A DNA stretch of 63,725 nt, counting the filler, from Reclinomonas americana ATCC 50394 (Eukaryota), in NCBI GenBank assembly GCA_048213135.1. It is 20 parts of 20 records of this genome, joined end to end, with 100 filler letters (N's around TTAATTAATTAA, not from the genome) between each part and the next. Parts side by side here need not be neighbours in the genome. Positions count along the whole stretch, not along the records: positions 1 to 1,541 come from AFZH01022296.1; positions 1,642 to 3,715 come from AFZH01022297.1; positions 3,816 to 5,173 come from AFZH01022300.1; positions 5,274 to 9,778 come from AFZH01022301.1; positions 9,879 to 13,988 come from AFZH01022302.1; 15 more parts are not named here. One strand, 5' to 3'. The notes under the pieces are model-generated. The model did no database searches. It was not told the DNA's origin and worked only from the letters and a program-made list of their open reading frames with translations. A program made the translations under genes and the position numbers. Of this stretch, positions 1 to 13,460 are shown in pieces. Position 1 is the first letter of the stretch; each line of letters starts with the position of its first letter.

Positions 1-364
1 GAGGGGGAAGAGCGAAGGGGGAAGAGCGAAGGGGGAGAGAGGAGAAGGAGAATGAGCGAATGGCAGCGAAGGGGGAACAGTGAAGGGGGAAGAGTGAAGG
101 GGGAAGAGCGAAGGGGGAAGAGAAGAAAGAATGAGTGGTGATGTAGAAAAGAGATTGAGCGAAGTAACAAGGAAAGCAAAGGTAAACGAAGGGATGTGAG
201 ATAAAAGGAACGGAGAGGGACGTAAATGGTGCTTCTGACTCACTGGAGACCGCACAGCAACATGAAAAAACCCACCCTCCGCTTGCTCACTTCTGTCCCC
301 TTGCTTCCCTCCCCCTATTCCTTCTTCCCGCAAGACACATGCGTCAACAGAACACGTACGTAAC

Positions 365-3027
365 CTGTGGTGCAAGGCCAACACCTCCGCCAAGTCCAAC
401 TCCGAGTCGACCAGTGCCACTCGTGTCCAATCGCATGTGATCCTGGCCAAACACAATGCCCAACGGTGCATCCAAGGTGGGGTTGACCAGCAGCTGGCCG
501 TCTATCGATCGGTACTGCAGCGCAAGCGGATTCCCGGAACCGGCCGTTCCCAACCGCAAGGAGTTGCCGTCAACTGACAAATCACCATGCACAATCACTG
601 GCGACGCCAAGTCCGGTATTTGAATACGCGAGGCTGAGTTGACAGCCAGGTGAAGATTCACGGGGCTCCCTGATAGTGGAGAACATGCACACACAAAAAA
701 ATTAGAAACACTCGGATGCGCACACGAGTGGTCAGGTGACAAACCGTAGGCAAACAAGCCGGTGTTACCAGTCGATTCGAATGCAAAGCCGACATTGGAG
801 GACGCCACAGATGGTGTGCCGAATGCAGCGCGCACGGAACCTGCCGAGTGAATGGTGCCAGCCGGTGACAATACACCCACACCCAAATAGTGCTTGTTTC
901 GCGTCAGAATCTGCGCCAGCCGACATCAGGCATGTAAGGGAGGGCGACGATGTACGTGCGCGCACACCACACCACAGGCAGCGACAAACCATTCGGTCGT
1001 CCTTCCACACCACCTCCGAGTATCCACCACCCACGCGTAATCTGGCCTTTGAGTCTTCCGACTGGCCGAATGCCTGAGAATCCAAAAAGAGGGTTGTGCC
1101 GTCGATCAACGTGTTGCCGACAAGCGTCAGTGGACCAAGACTGATATCCGGAATGGAAACTCGTGTCGTCCCACTGAGCATCACAACCAGGCTCACAGGG
1201 TCGGTGGCTGCGCAAGACTCCCCGTTGAGCGAATGCAAGAGATGATACTAAAGAACACGTGCTGTCGCAGGCGCTTCTCACCGCTCGCAAAGAGACCCGT
1301 GGAGGCCAGCTGATTAAAGGCGAAACCGACATCGGAGAGCGAGGCGCTGTTTGGCAGGCCGCGAGCAGATTGCACGCCTCCTGCACTGTGAACGCGAGCA
1401 CGGGGACTCATCACCCCCACCCCCAGCCGCCCGGCCTTGGTCAAGACTGCCGTGTCGCGGAAGAAAATGTCGTCACATCCGTACGCCAATCGCACCGATG
1501 ATGGAGATACCAGCTCAATGAGCGGCATGTTGAACAGAGAGNNNNNNNNNNNNNNNNNNNNNNNNNNNNNNNNNNNNNNNNNNNNTTAATTAATTAANNN
1601 NNNNNNNNNNNNNNNNNNNNNNNNNNNNNNNNNNNNNNNNNCGGGGTGGGCACGCCGACACCCACAAAGCCAGAAGTGCCGCTCACGATCTGTTGTGCGA
1701 GTCATGACATCGTAATCTTGACGGCTTCTCACTATGTACGCACGCACCACACGATCGGAGGAAAAGTAAAGGTTGGAAAAGCCGTCGGCCATGTGCAAGT
1801 TGGACATGGAGTCGCCAGTGAGTAGCGTGCGAGAATTGAATTGCACACTGGGTTCTCCCGACACGGTGGTGAAGCGAAGTACTTCCACGCCCGACGAGAC
1901 ACCAACGAGGTCACCCACTGTCGCACCTATTGCACGAGAAGAGTGTCAGCACACGAGAGATTATGTTGCGAGCTGCAGCGTGCACCCGAGCACGAAACTG
2001 TCGACATAAACGCCGGTTGGGAGGTCGGTCATGAATCCAAAGCCGACATCATAGTGCGCGCCGAGGGGAGGAGGGAGACCAACTCGCGCACGGACGCCAC
2101 CATTAACCGTCAGAGAGCTGATGCCGGCCGTCGAGACCAGCGACAGCGATGGCCATCTGATTTTCCCAAACGAACCAAGCAAGTCAGTTCATCAGCAGTC
2201 ACAAGAGAACAAAAGGATGGTTGGGACAAGAAGACATGGCACACACCCAATGGTAATGCCGTCGGCAAACTCGTTGGCAGGATTGAAATGGAGTGCATTG
2301 TCGCTGCTCAGCGTGTTGGAGTCGATGCCGTCCGCCGACATGGCCAGACGCTGTGGACTGCCGAATTTGAACGAGTTGAATTCGTACGAAAGCGCGGCGC
2401 CAATGTAATCGACGCCGCCCTGGTCGCGAATACGCATGCGCACACGCCCCTTGATGTAGAAGACCAAATCCTCGGAACCTACGGGGCGTCAATGAAGAGG
2501 CGGCGGTGAGACTAAAAACGAGAGAGAGAGAAGCCATGGCGGGACGCAACCAATGGGCGTGTACATGCCAGTGCCGGATCCCGTGCCAACCGTAAAACCA
2601 CCATCGATAATGTCCGACGGTGACCCGAGACTCGCCGAGATGCCGCCACGCACCACCATGGTGCAATTGAGTGGCGATGGCGTCTCGTAAATGCGTACCG
2701 CAGTCTGACCAATGCCGACTTGCGAAAAGTCAGAGAATCTGGAGCGCGCGCAGTGAGCTCTTCGAGGACATGACATGTAAGGCAACAACAGCAACAACAA
2801 ACAATCTTGACGCAACGGATTAATGTTCAACTGGCGACTGCTGACAATCATGGCTCGCGCGGTGGCCGCATCGGCCGCGCTCGTGCCCAGGCCCAGACGG
2901 AACTCGGTGCCGGCCACACTCAGACTGTTGTGTATTGTCACTGGCGTCGTCGATGTGGATGGTGCCGTGAGGCGAGCAGCGCCGCCACTGGCCAGCACCA
3001 GGGAGCTGCCGGTTGCCGGCGAGCCGC
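365..3027 (-). CDS. Multi-exon repeat protein resembling phage/bacterial tail-fibre (trimeric adhesin) repeats; partial at both ends
   Basis: Spliced exons (e.g. 3027-2817, 2738-2551, ~2480-2250, ~2190-1990, ~1925-1735, ~1530-1280, ~1230-1000, ~930-730, ~670-365) encode 4-5 copies of a unit such as GRLGVGVMSPRARVHSAGGVQSARGLPNSASLSDVGFAFNQLASTGLF, GVGVLSPAGTIHSAGSVRAAFGTPSVASSNVGFAFESTGNTGLF and TGMYTPIGSEDLVFYIKGRVRMRI. Family resemblance is by motif recognition only. Confidence 0.6.
1542..1641. other. Assembly gap linker (N-run/TTAATTAATTAA/N-run, 100 bp); first of 19
   Basis: Identical linkers start at 1542, 3716, 5174, 9779, 13989, 17179, 19204, 21117, 24215, 25862, 27324, 29317, 33596, 42247, 44130, 54992, 56547, 57709 and 61827. 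TTAATTAATTAA gives stops in all six frames. Genes such as RICTOR continue colinearly across them, so they behave as scaffold gaps of unknown true size. Confidence 0.97.
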
Positions 3028-3599
3028 CTGCAGAAAAGGGGTGAGAGGGGAAGGTGGAAGGGGGGAAGGGAGGAAAGAGGGAAAGGGAGGAGAGAGGGGG
3101 AGGATGTGAGAGGGGTAGAGAGGAAGGGAAAGGAGAGAAGAAAGAAGAAGAAATAAGAGTTAAGGTAGGGAGAAAGAGAACATGGAAGACGAGCAGCCAG
3201 AGAAAAGAACGAGGCGTAAAGCAGGGAGACGGAGCCTCGCGAGTAAAGAGTGCAGACGGCAATGGATATCAGGCACACGAAGGGCAGGAAAAAAGAACTC
3301 AGTATTAGGCAGACGGCGGCCTGAAGGAAACGCGTGTGCAAGAAGACCGGATGGGAAGATGGAATGACAGCCGCAGGATGCACGGTAACATTATGCACCA
3401 GGATGAATTGAGGGTTTGTAGAGAAGAAGGCGTGTGCAGATCGGATGGAAGTGGAATGACAGGCGGAGGATACAAGAAGGCAATAGAAGTGAGGAACTGT
3501 AACAAGACAGACAGGTGAGTTGAACAAAGAGTGATGCATAGCCAAAGAACAACAGAACAAAGAAACTGCGTACGAAACGGACAGCAGGAGGGGGAGCAA

Positions 3600-3947
<348 letters not shown>

Positions 3948-5388
3948 GAAGAGGCTGACGACGAGTGAGTGAGAGAATGAGACAAAGAAATGCGATTGAC
4001 TGTGGCGTGAGAAAGTGAGAGTGTGAGCGTGTGAGTGTAAGAGTGTGCACTTTTATTTGTTTGCAAAAGAAAAAACATGGACACCAGCAGCACAGTGCAA
4101 CGACTGGTTGTTGTTGTGTATTTTTTCGGACACATACTCACCGCACCAGCGCGCTGTTCAATGTGAGCGAATAACACGCGTGCACTGAGCGAGCTAGAGA
4201 TAGACACACACGCACACACACGCGCGAATGTGCAAGTGAAGAACAAGGGAAGAGAGCGCGCGCGTACACGAATCGCCTTTTAACGGATTCGTTCGTTCGA
4301 CGAAGAGGTGAATCTGGGGTGAGGAAAAGTGTGCCGGCCTGCAGCAGAAGGAGCGCCTTTGCTGGCCTGTGTAGTAACATGTGTGCGTGCTGTTGGTGAG
4401 TATGATCACCTTTGTGCGATTGGAGAAGCAGCGAGAATGCCAGATGCAAAAAACTGCGCGGATTTCGAACGCGCATTTCGAACTCGAACCCAATACCCAG
4501 CACGGTCGTCAAAAATCCATGGTTTTCACATGACGGATTAAGGTGTTGAACTCACCGACATCTGCTACAGTCTTGCGATTTTGAATTATCGGGACGTCGT
4601 CTCCGTGAACCACTTCTCGTGCTTGCAGTTGCATGTCGAAGCGCGCTGCGTTCCCGGTTCCCGAATACCGGACATCATGCAGCTGTGTTGCTGTTTGGAT
4701 TAGTAAAGTTGTTGTTGTTGTTGTTGTATGTGCCGTGTACGACGGCAGAAGATGCTGAGCTCGAGAGTTTATGCAAGTGGCCACCCTCTCTGCTGTGCAT
4801 GTCGCGGTTCTCAACCCCGCCAGAAGGCATTTCGCTGCAGACTTGGGTCATCACCGAGACAACTGATGCTCTTTGCTGGTTGTTGCCAAGATCGGTATCT
4901 GCTGTTACTTGCTGCCCTTCCTCGCCGTTATCGATAATCACCGCGCATCATGACTGCCACCAGCTGCTCGTGTTGGACAAGTCGCGACAACAGTTGTCTT
5001 GTTCCGGTTTTGTTTTTTATTGTCTATACTCCTCGCTTACGTTGGGAGAGAGGAGAGAGAAGAAGAAGAGGAGAGAGGGAATTGAGTTAGAAATACACCA
5101 TCATCATCATCATCATCCAGGGGGGGTTGTAGTCGCACAAGAGATACGCAAAATAGGGAGAGGGAGAGAGAGANNNNNNNNNNNNNNNNNNNNNNNNNNN
5201 NNNNNNNNNNNNNNNNNTTAATTAATTAANNNNNNNNNNNNNNNNNNNNNNNNNNNNNNNNNNNNNNNNNNNNCGGGGTGAGGAAGAAGGGGGGGGGTGC
5301 GGAGAGAGAGAAGCGAGAACAAAGGTATGGAATTCGCAAAGGAAACGGATGGCGACCGGTGTTGTGCTTCCGGTTCAGGAGAGAGGAA

Positions 5389-5439
<51 letters not shown>

Positions 5440-5442
<3 letters not shown>

Positions 5443-5810
5443 ACGAGATCAAATATGCGAGCGAGAGTACGGAGCCGGCACAAGAAGCAGGAGACGAATG
5501 ATGTTACGCATCCACGAAAGAGATCGACACAAGAGGTGAGAACAAAGCCGACAGGCAAGGATGGATACGACACCGGAGACGAAAATCTCACGCATCTAGT
5601 CAAGAGAGAAGGAAGAGAGCGAATGATGCACAGGCAAGTATGGAAACAACCGGAGACCACAATGTCGCGTATCTGGTCAAGAGAGACGAGAAAGAGCGAG
5701 ACGAGAGGCGAGAACAAAGACGCGAGGGAGAGTACGGAACTTGCACAGGAAAGGAGACGACAGATGTGTCGCGTATCTGGTCAAGAGAGACGACGGAGCG
5801 AGAGGGGAGG
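5440..5810. repeat. Degenerate local tandem repeat
   Basis: Recurring ATGTCGCGTATCTGGTCAAGAGAGACGA-like and ACCGGAGAC units at ~5570-5610, 5650-5690 and 5765-5795. Confidence 0.55.
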
Positions 5811-6055
5811 CGAGATGAAAGAACTACGGCTGGCGTGAACAGCCAGCGCAGGGGCCAAGATAATGCATTTTCGAAGCACAGAGAGAACGAACGAGGCAGG
5901 AAGAAGAGAGACAAACCACGTTGAAATTCGAGACAAATGGAAGAGTACGAGACGGCAAGAGAGCCGAAACGACACGAACAATGGAAAGAGACGTGAAAGG
6001 AGAGAGAGACTCCCACACAGGCACTCCTTCGCTCCATGCATCCCAGCCACGCAAC

Positions 6056-8272
6056 TGCCTTCCACACTCGGTCTTGCTGCGTCAGGTGCACCTCCAACTC
6101 CCGCGACAGCATCTGAAGCACTGTGTTTTCCCCGCATAATTAAAGTCAGTGCGCTGCACCAGAACCCTCTCGCGCACACACACACGAACCCAGTCGACGC
6201 GACGGCCGACGCATGTGCGGCAGAATTGGCTTGCCACTCGCGCCGAGTCGCAATACATAGTCGTCGCGGCTTCCACGGATGCTGGGCGAACGACCGCTAG
6301 ATTTGCCGTCCTCAAATGCCTCTCGCAAATGCTCGGGGAGGTCACGAACAAAGCGCCGCTGCACCAGTGCCACTGCGAGACGAGAAAGAGAAAAGTGAGC
6401 GCTTTTCGTCCGCCACTCTTTTCATCGCCCCCCTCTCCTTCCACTCACTCACCACCCTGCTCGACCAGGCGCAGCTCGTCGGTGGAGAGTGTGGTAAAGT
6501 CGATCTCGGCGGCCGCCGACGGCTTCTGCTTCTTGGGAGTCACACCCGCGTCGGTGGGATTGGCCAGCATCTTGGTGGGTGCCAGCATGCTGCCCGCCGT
6601 CTCGCCATCAATGCCGACCGCGCGACCGCGTTTTGGTGTGTGGCCCGTCTGGCCACCCGCGGCCACTGCAATTGCCGCCGGTGGCGACTGCATGTGCAAC
6701 AAGCCGAGCTTGCTGTCACCGCCACCCAGCAGCGGCGTCGACGACGACATGTGTCCGGCGTAGGGAGCGGCCATGGGTGTGATGCTCGGCAGGTGCAGCA
6801 TGGGAATGCCGTACTGTGCGAGCACATTGCCACCGCCTCCATTGCCAGCAGCAGCAGCAGCAGCAGACATGTCCATTTGGTGCTGCTGATGTTGCTGTTG
6901 CATCAACTGGTACTGCTGCTGCTGTTGAAGAAGAAACTGCTGCTGCTGCTGTTGCTGCTGCTGCTGTGACATCATCGACGATGGGGAGCCGAGAGCGGCA
7001 ATCATTGAGGCGGTGCTGGCGGGCGCCGACGACGACGACGAGGAGGAGGAGGAGGAGGAGGTGATGGAGGACAGACTGAGACGCGCAGTGGGCGATGACG
7101 GTTGCTGCTGCTGCTGCTGTTGTTGTGGTTGCTGTTGTTGTTGTTGTTGCTGCTGATGAGAGGGATCCGCAAAGAGACCAAGCATGGGCAGTGGCGGCAA
7201 CACACGCGCGGCCGCGCTCTCGGCCGACGCGCGTCGCGCCGCACTCGCCTGGTACTCTTGCTGCTGTCGCTGGAACATTTGCTGCTGATGTTGCTGCTGC
7301 TGTTGCAGGTGATGCGCGTACAAGGGCGAGCGCGATTGGGCAAAGGGCGAAACGCTCATGTCGCCGCCCATGTACAACGAAGCCGCCCCCGCTTGTTGTT
7401 GTTGTTGCTGCTGCTGTTGCGATGCTGCTGCTGCTGCGGCTGCTGCGGCTGCTGCGGCCGCAACTGCCGAGGAGGCTTGCGGGGGAGCGAACACGCCTGT
7501 GTGTGGTGTGAAAGGAGAGTCAGCAATGGTGCATTCAAGGACAAGCTTGCCTCGAACACGCACCCCACACAATGAAGGAAGGAGAAGCAAGAGAGAAAGA
7601 GAGTGGATAACCCCGCCCGGCGTTCGAATATCATTCCAGACACACCGCGGCGTCGCATCAACGACAGAACAATTGGAAACAGAGAGAAAAAAACCCATTG
7701 CAGTACACGCACAATGTGCCACGCGGTGCACAACACGCCGAGGAATGAGAAAAAGAAAAAGAAGAAAAAAGAGACGTGACACCGTGACGATCGAGTAAAA
7801 GAATATCGAAAACGGGCACACAGATGCGATTTTTTCTTGTCCCCACCACGCACCATTTCCAAACTGCGGCGCAGGCTGCACCTGCTGTGGCGCCTGCTGT
7901 TGCTGTTGTTGTTGCTGTGCGGCGAGGAGTTGTGCGGCAATCATGGCCGAGGTGGTTGGGTTTGCCGGCGGCGAATTCCTGTTTGTGGAAGGCTGTTGTT
8001 GTGTCAGAGACATGAATGCGGCCGCCTGTTGCTGCTGCTGCTGAGCAGAGGGCGCGACGCCGCCTCCCGCCATCATCATCATCATAGGATCGAATCGGTG
8101 TTGCTACACGAGAGAGAGAGAGAGTGAGCAAGAAGAAGAAGAGAAGTGTGGGCGCCGAACGGAGTTGTGGGGTGCGCACCTGGAATGCCATCATGGCCGC
8201 CTGTTGTTGCTGTTGTTGTTGTTGCTGCTGCTGCTGTGCAGGGTCGGCATTGGCCGCCGCTTTACTTAGCAT
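6056..8272 (-). CDS. Gln/Ala/Ser-rich low-complexity hypothetical protein; 3' end uncertain
   Basis: ATG at 8272 (MLSKAAANADPAQQQQ...). Exons at ~8085-7853, ~7497-6452, ~6372-6192 and ~6120-6056 join at GT-AG boundaries and carry several polyQ tracts. The less biased C-terminal part (ALVQRRFVRDLPEHLREAFEDG...) was not recognised. An exon near 4509-4690 may belong to it. Confidence 0.6.
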
Positions 8273-9741
8273 CTACAACAGCCGGAGGTGTGCATGAAGC
8301 GCGCCCGTCAGTAAATAGTGAGAGGTGAAAAGCGACCCGAACACCACACGCAACGAGGAGAGCGTCCGACATGCGCTGGGAAGGGGCCGCGTGTGTGTGT
8401 GGTGGGGAGGAGTGGCGGGCAAGAGTCACTCTTTCCTTGCCTCTCCACGCCTGTGCGCGCGCGGGGAGAGAGAGAAAGCAACCGAGAAAATGAGAATCAT
8501 CATCACCATCAATATAGAATGTGTCACGCACACACTTCTCTGCCAACAGTGTGTGCATTTCTCTTTGGTTTTTCTGCGCAGTAAATGCTGTGTGCGTGTG
8601 CACCATGGAATGCGTGCGTGCGTGTGCGATGCGTGTGCGTGTGTGCGTGAGCGTGTAAATAAACCTGGACTGCGGACGCTCGTCTCCCAACACGCGCAAA
8701 AGGAATGAGGGAGGACTTGCTTTTCCGGACACGAACGCTCCTCTCTCGTGTCCCAGTGTTCGCTGTCTCACACCCGCTTCTCACGCTCTCTCTCCCCCCA
8801 CTCACGTTCGTGTGTGTGCTATGGAATGCGGCTCGCGCTTGTCTCTTCCGCGAATGTGCGTACGTTGTTCGCCGTCCCGACGCGCACAATGAGAAAAAAA
8901 CAACGAGAGATTGTTTGGCTTTCCATAACGGGTGCGAATGGTTAGCAAACTCCGTTTGTTGCTTTTACTCCGACCTCGCTTTCTCCTTTGCCCGTCACGC
9001 GCTCGTCTCTTTTGCGCATGTGCATGCAACAAGTGCGCGACAAGCTGCGTACACCAACATTTGCCGTATGCGGGGGAGCGCGGTAAGAATCTCATTATCG
9101 GATTCTGTCATGCACACACACACACGCATTCATTGCATGCATTGTTGTTTGTTGACGCTTCGTGGGTGTCGCACACCCACACCACATGACGTCATGGATG
9201 CGCACGTGTTTGAAGCGCGCACTGCGTGGCCGCAAAAAGCGAGAGGGGGGAGTGAAGAGAAACCGCCCACGACCCGGTTTCCCTAACTCGAACACACGGC
9301 CTGGCAGACAACGAGGTGTTCTCCCCTGTGTCGTGCACAGACACACACGCGCGCGAGAGAGATGCGAAGAGAGGGAGTGTGCGAGAGAATAAACACGGAT
9401 CAACTACAACACACAAACATTCATTATCTGTCCAACGCACTCGGCAACTGCGAGGCCCCTCCTCCTCCTCCTCCACCACCACGTCGAACCACTGTTGAGC
9501 CATCGGAGAACTTGGCCGAGGTGATGCGCTGTCTCGCAACAAACCTGCCCACCAAAAAATTCACACCATGAATACCGACAACAAAATCAAACATGAGCTC
9601 TCACACACTCACTCCCTCTCTCTCTCACTCACTCATTCATCTCTGCCTATCTCTCTCTCGCTCTTGAGTTCTCTCTATCTGTCCTCACGCACGCATGTTC
9701 GCATCGAGACGCAAACCCCGCCATGTCCTCCCCTCTCCTGT

Positions 9742-9778
<37 letters not shown>

Positions 9779-9924
9779 NNNNNNNNNNNNNNNNNNNNNN
9801 NNNNNNNNNNNNNNNNNNNNNNTTAATTAATTAANNNNNNNNNNNNNNNNNNNNNNNNNNNNNNNNNNNNNNNNNNNNATCAGTGCAAAGAAGAAAGAGA
9901 GGAGGAATATTTTTTTGACGCAAC

Positions 9925-12900
9925 TGTTCGGGTCGGATCCACCGCGCGTAAGCACTGGCCGCTGTTGCATACCGAACGGCGCCGCCGGCTGGCCACTGGA
10001 AGTAGCACGCTGATGCCGCTTCTCGGTGACCGACACCACGGCCATGTCGTGCACGTGGGAGAGCGACGGAATGGCTCCACTCGGACCGGCACGCATCTTG
10101 TGCTCGATCATTTGCTTGAAATGCAACTCGTGCAGGCGCGGATCGCCGCCGTCTTCCAGCTCGTCCAACCCCGACGACCGCGAGGCGGCCAACTCGCGGG
10201 CCAACTCGCTCTTGCGCAGCCGTTTGCGCAACTGCGCCAGTTCCACCGACGTGTTCCCACCTGCGGCGCCGGCCAGCGGTTGCAGGCCTCCAGCTCCGCC
10301 CTGATTGCGCGAGGCCGAAGCCGCCGCACTGCCAGCACCACTGTTCGTACCACCACCACCACCACCACCACCACCTCCAGCACTCCCCATCCCCGGCACC
10401 ATGTCGCCGATGGCAGATGAAGGCACCAGCGGCAACGGCAGTGGATGCATGTTGCCGGGAAGTACCGCCAGGTGCGATTGCGAGGTCGACGCCGACCAAG
10501 GCGATGGCACAGTGGCCGGTGTGCGCAGGTTGGCGGCCAAGCGGGAGGCCAGCGGGGAGGGCGAGGGCGTCTCCTTGCCACCGCCAACCTGGCGAGATCC
10601 CACCGGTGGTAGTCCGAGAGGCGACGGCCAGACCACCTGCGACAAGTCGACGGCACCCATGGCGTGACTGCTGTCGTTGATGCCGCCGGTTTGATTCGAG
10701 TAGTCCATGAGGATGCTGTCGAGGAGGGTGTCGGGGGCGTCGAACACTGCGCGGAGCGAGGAAGGGGTGAGGTGGGGAGGTAAGGGGGACGGGGTGAGGT
10801 AAGGGGGAAGGAGGGGGAAGGAGGGGGGAAGGAGGGGGGAAGGAGGGGGGAAGGAGGGGGGAAGAGGGGGAAAGGGGGGGAAGGAGGCGAGTAAAGGGGG
10901 GAGAGAAGGGGCAAGAGGGGGAGAGAAGGGGGAGAGAAGGGGGAGAGAAGGGGGAAGAGAGGGGGAGAAGGAGGAAGTCAAGGAGCACATGAGATAAAGA
11001 GGTTGACAGAGGAGACAGGAGGAGAAAGGACAATTGATGAAGAGAAGGGGGCAGCAAGAGGAGAATATGACAGTGCTGGACGGCTGGTGACCAGGACAAG
11101 GAGTATGGATGATGAGGGTGACCTGAGATGAAAGAGGACTGCAGAAGCAATCTAGAATACGGTGACAGGGAGAGAGAGAAAGAATGAAAACACTCTGTTC
11201 CACCTCGGAAACGCACCGGTGAACGATTGATTCTGGTCTGCATTCGCGGCTGCCGAAGCTGCTGGTGCACCCGACATGGGCATGGCACGGAAGCGCGAGA
11301 GCTCGGATTCCGGAGCCACCATGCGAGTGATGCGGATGGGGGCAGACTGCATGAGGATGTGCACTGAGTGAAAAGCGGAAGCAGGCAGAGCAGAACGGGG
11401 GTGGAGACGCAACTTCACGATCTGGTTCCGGTTCAGGTGTGGCATACGCTCTACACACACATTTCATGTCAGACTTGCTCACCACGGCGCACTTCCTTGG
11501 CCCGCCCACGCATGTCCCCACTCTCTCATATGACTGACTCAGTTTTCTCTTTCTCTTCTCATCCTGCCTTTTTTCTCTTCCAGTCTGCTATTTTGCGGGT
11601 TTAAGCAAATCGAGAAAGGTCGGCAAGAGAGACAGGAGAACTCGAACGACTCAATGCCACGCACAAGCGTACTCTCTGACATGCAAACAACCCTCTTTCT
11701 CCCTTCTACCGAGTCCCCACGCACCGTCTCACAGGCGGCGAGGGCGACCGACTGACCACACCCGGCATGCGCGCGAAACGCCCATTCACGATATTGCTGG
11801 TGCTGTTGTGAACCAGCTCGTCCACATCACGCAACACGCCATACTCTTGCAGCTGACGCATCAAGTCCATCGCACGCTCACTCGGCGCAGCCAGCGTGCG
11901 TCGCACTGCGTGCGGGTGAACACCATACAAGTGACCCTGTAGCGGGGGGGGAACAAGGTGAGCCACACGGCTGCACACAACAGAGAAGCGTGGAAAGCAT
12001 ACGCACATCGGGCGGCGGGGCGGGCTGACGATTCGCCGGCATTCCTTGCACCGTGTTCCAGAACCAGGACGGATACGACGCCGGTTCGCCTTGCGGCATG
12101 GACGACGTCAAAATGCTCGCCAGATCGCGTGCACTCTGCGTGAGCAACAAAAGAAGTGAGAATATGGAGTAACCAACGGAGGACGCGCTGCCGTGTCGCA
12201 CTCACAATGGCAAATGAGCGGCTCAGCACATTGAACGCTTCGTCCTGGGGCGGCGCTGTCAGACCACCACCACTGCGTGACGGCGGCCGAGATCCTGTGC
12301 GAGTTTCTTGTGCTGGTGTTCCGCCGCGTGCTCGTGGTTGCTGTGTGACTTGAGTCGGCACCTGTGCACCACGGGGAAGCATTCTGAGTAGGCTGCAGCA
12401 GCAACGGCGGCCCTCCACACCGCGACAGCACACGCAACGAATTCGTGCGGGAACGGATAATCAAAGTAACCGTCGTCGGCCAACTCTTGGTCCAAGTCGA
12501 TCGAGGCTGCCACCGCCGGCCGTCGGTACAACTCCTCCACCTGCGTGCCGAGCAGGCGAATCTTCGCCGCCAAACTGCCCAGATCGGCAATAAATCTGCA
12601 AAAAGAAGAGAAGAGGAAGTTAGACTAGCAATTGTACACCTCATTGCCGCTTCAAGCCGCACACCAACACGCAACTCTCGTTTCGCCTGCAGCGTGTCGG
12701 CAAGAATGCGCTGCCGACGACGGCTGGCCTCGGCCTCGGTGGCCGGGCGTGCCGCTGCACTGCTCTCCTTCTTGCCCGTGCCTGCTCGCTTCTTCCCCGC
12801 AGCCGCCTCGCGATCACGGCCGCCCACACTGCCGCCGCTGTTGGCACGACGCAGCGAGCCCATGGAGCCGGCAGAGGACTGTGACTGCAGACTCTTCTGG

Positions 12901-13460
12901 CTCGAACCTCGTGACGGCTTGGGCTTGCGTCCACCCGCTCCCGCCGTTCCTGCGCCGCCGGCAGCGGCAGTGGCGGTGGCGGCGGTGGTGGCAGCGGCGG
13001 CAGGACGCGCTGCCGGGGGTGCGGCAACTTCTGCACCAACCACCATGGGCGACGCGTCGACCGACGGTGCATCAGAGTCTCCACGAGCACTCCATCCACG
13101 CTGCTCCTGGTGACGCAACGCCGAAGCGCTACGCGAGGAGGCTCCACCCGATGCCGACACTGAAGGATCAACGGTGCCGTCGCCGCCGTCCGAGGAGCGT
13201 TCCACTTGCAAGTGCGGCTGACGAGTCTCACTAAATGCATCTGTGGCTTCGTCGAGCTCCGTCGCCGCCTCCTCGTCCTGATCTTGCTGTGGCTGCTGCT
13301 GCTGCTGTTGCTGTTCCTGCTCGTCATCTTCCTGCGGCGGTTGCTTGGCAGAATCGAGCTCCGCGAAGAGATTCGCCGCCTCGTGCAGTTCACTGACACC
13401 GTGATGCAGCGCCGTCATGTGTGACTCGACGCTTTGCAGGATGCTGAGGATCTTGTCCGT
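9925..13460 (-). CDS. Multi-exon hypothetical protein with coiled-coil and disordered segments; partial
   Basis: Exons 13460-12676 (TDKILSILQSVESHM...LQAKRE), ~12595-12439 (FIADLGSLAAKIRLL...), ~11937-11726, ~11450-11414, ~11346-11218 and ~10746-9925 (VELAQLRKRLRKSELARE...) join in compatible phases. A further exon may lie near 9545. Confidence 0.55.

Noticed and set aside
1586..1597. Recurrent palindrome TTAATTAATTAA (19 copies)
   Set aside because: Always centred in N-runs totalling 100 bp. It is an artificial six-frame-stop scaffold linker, not a biological motif.
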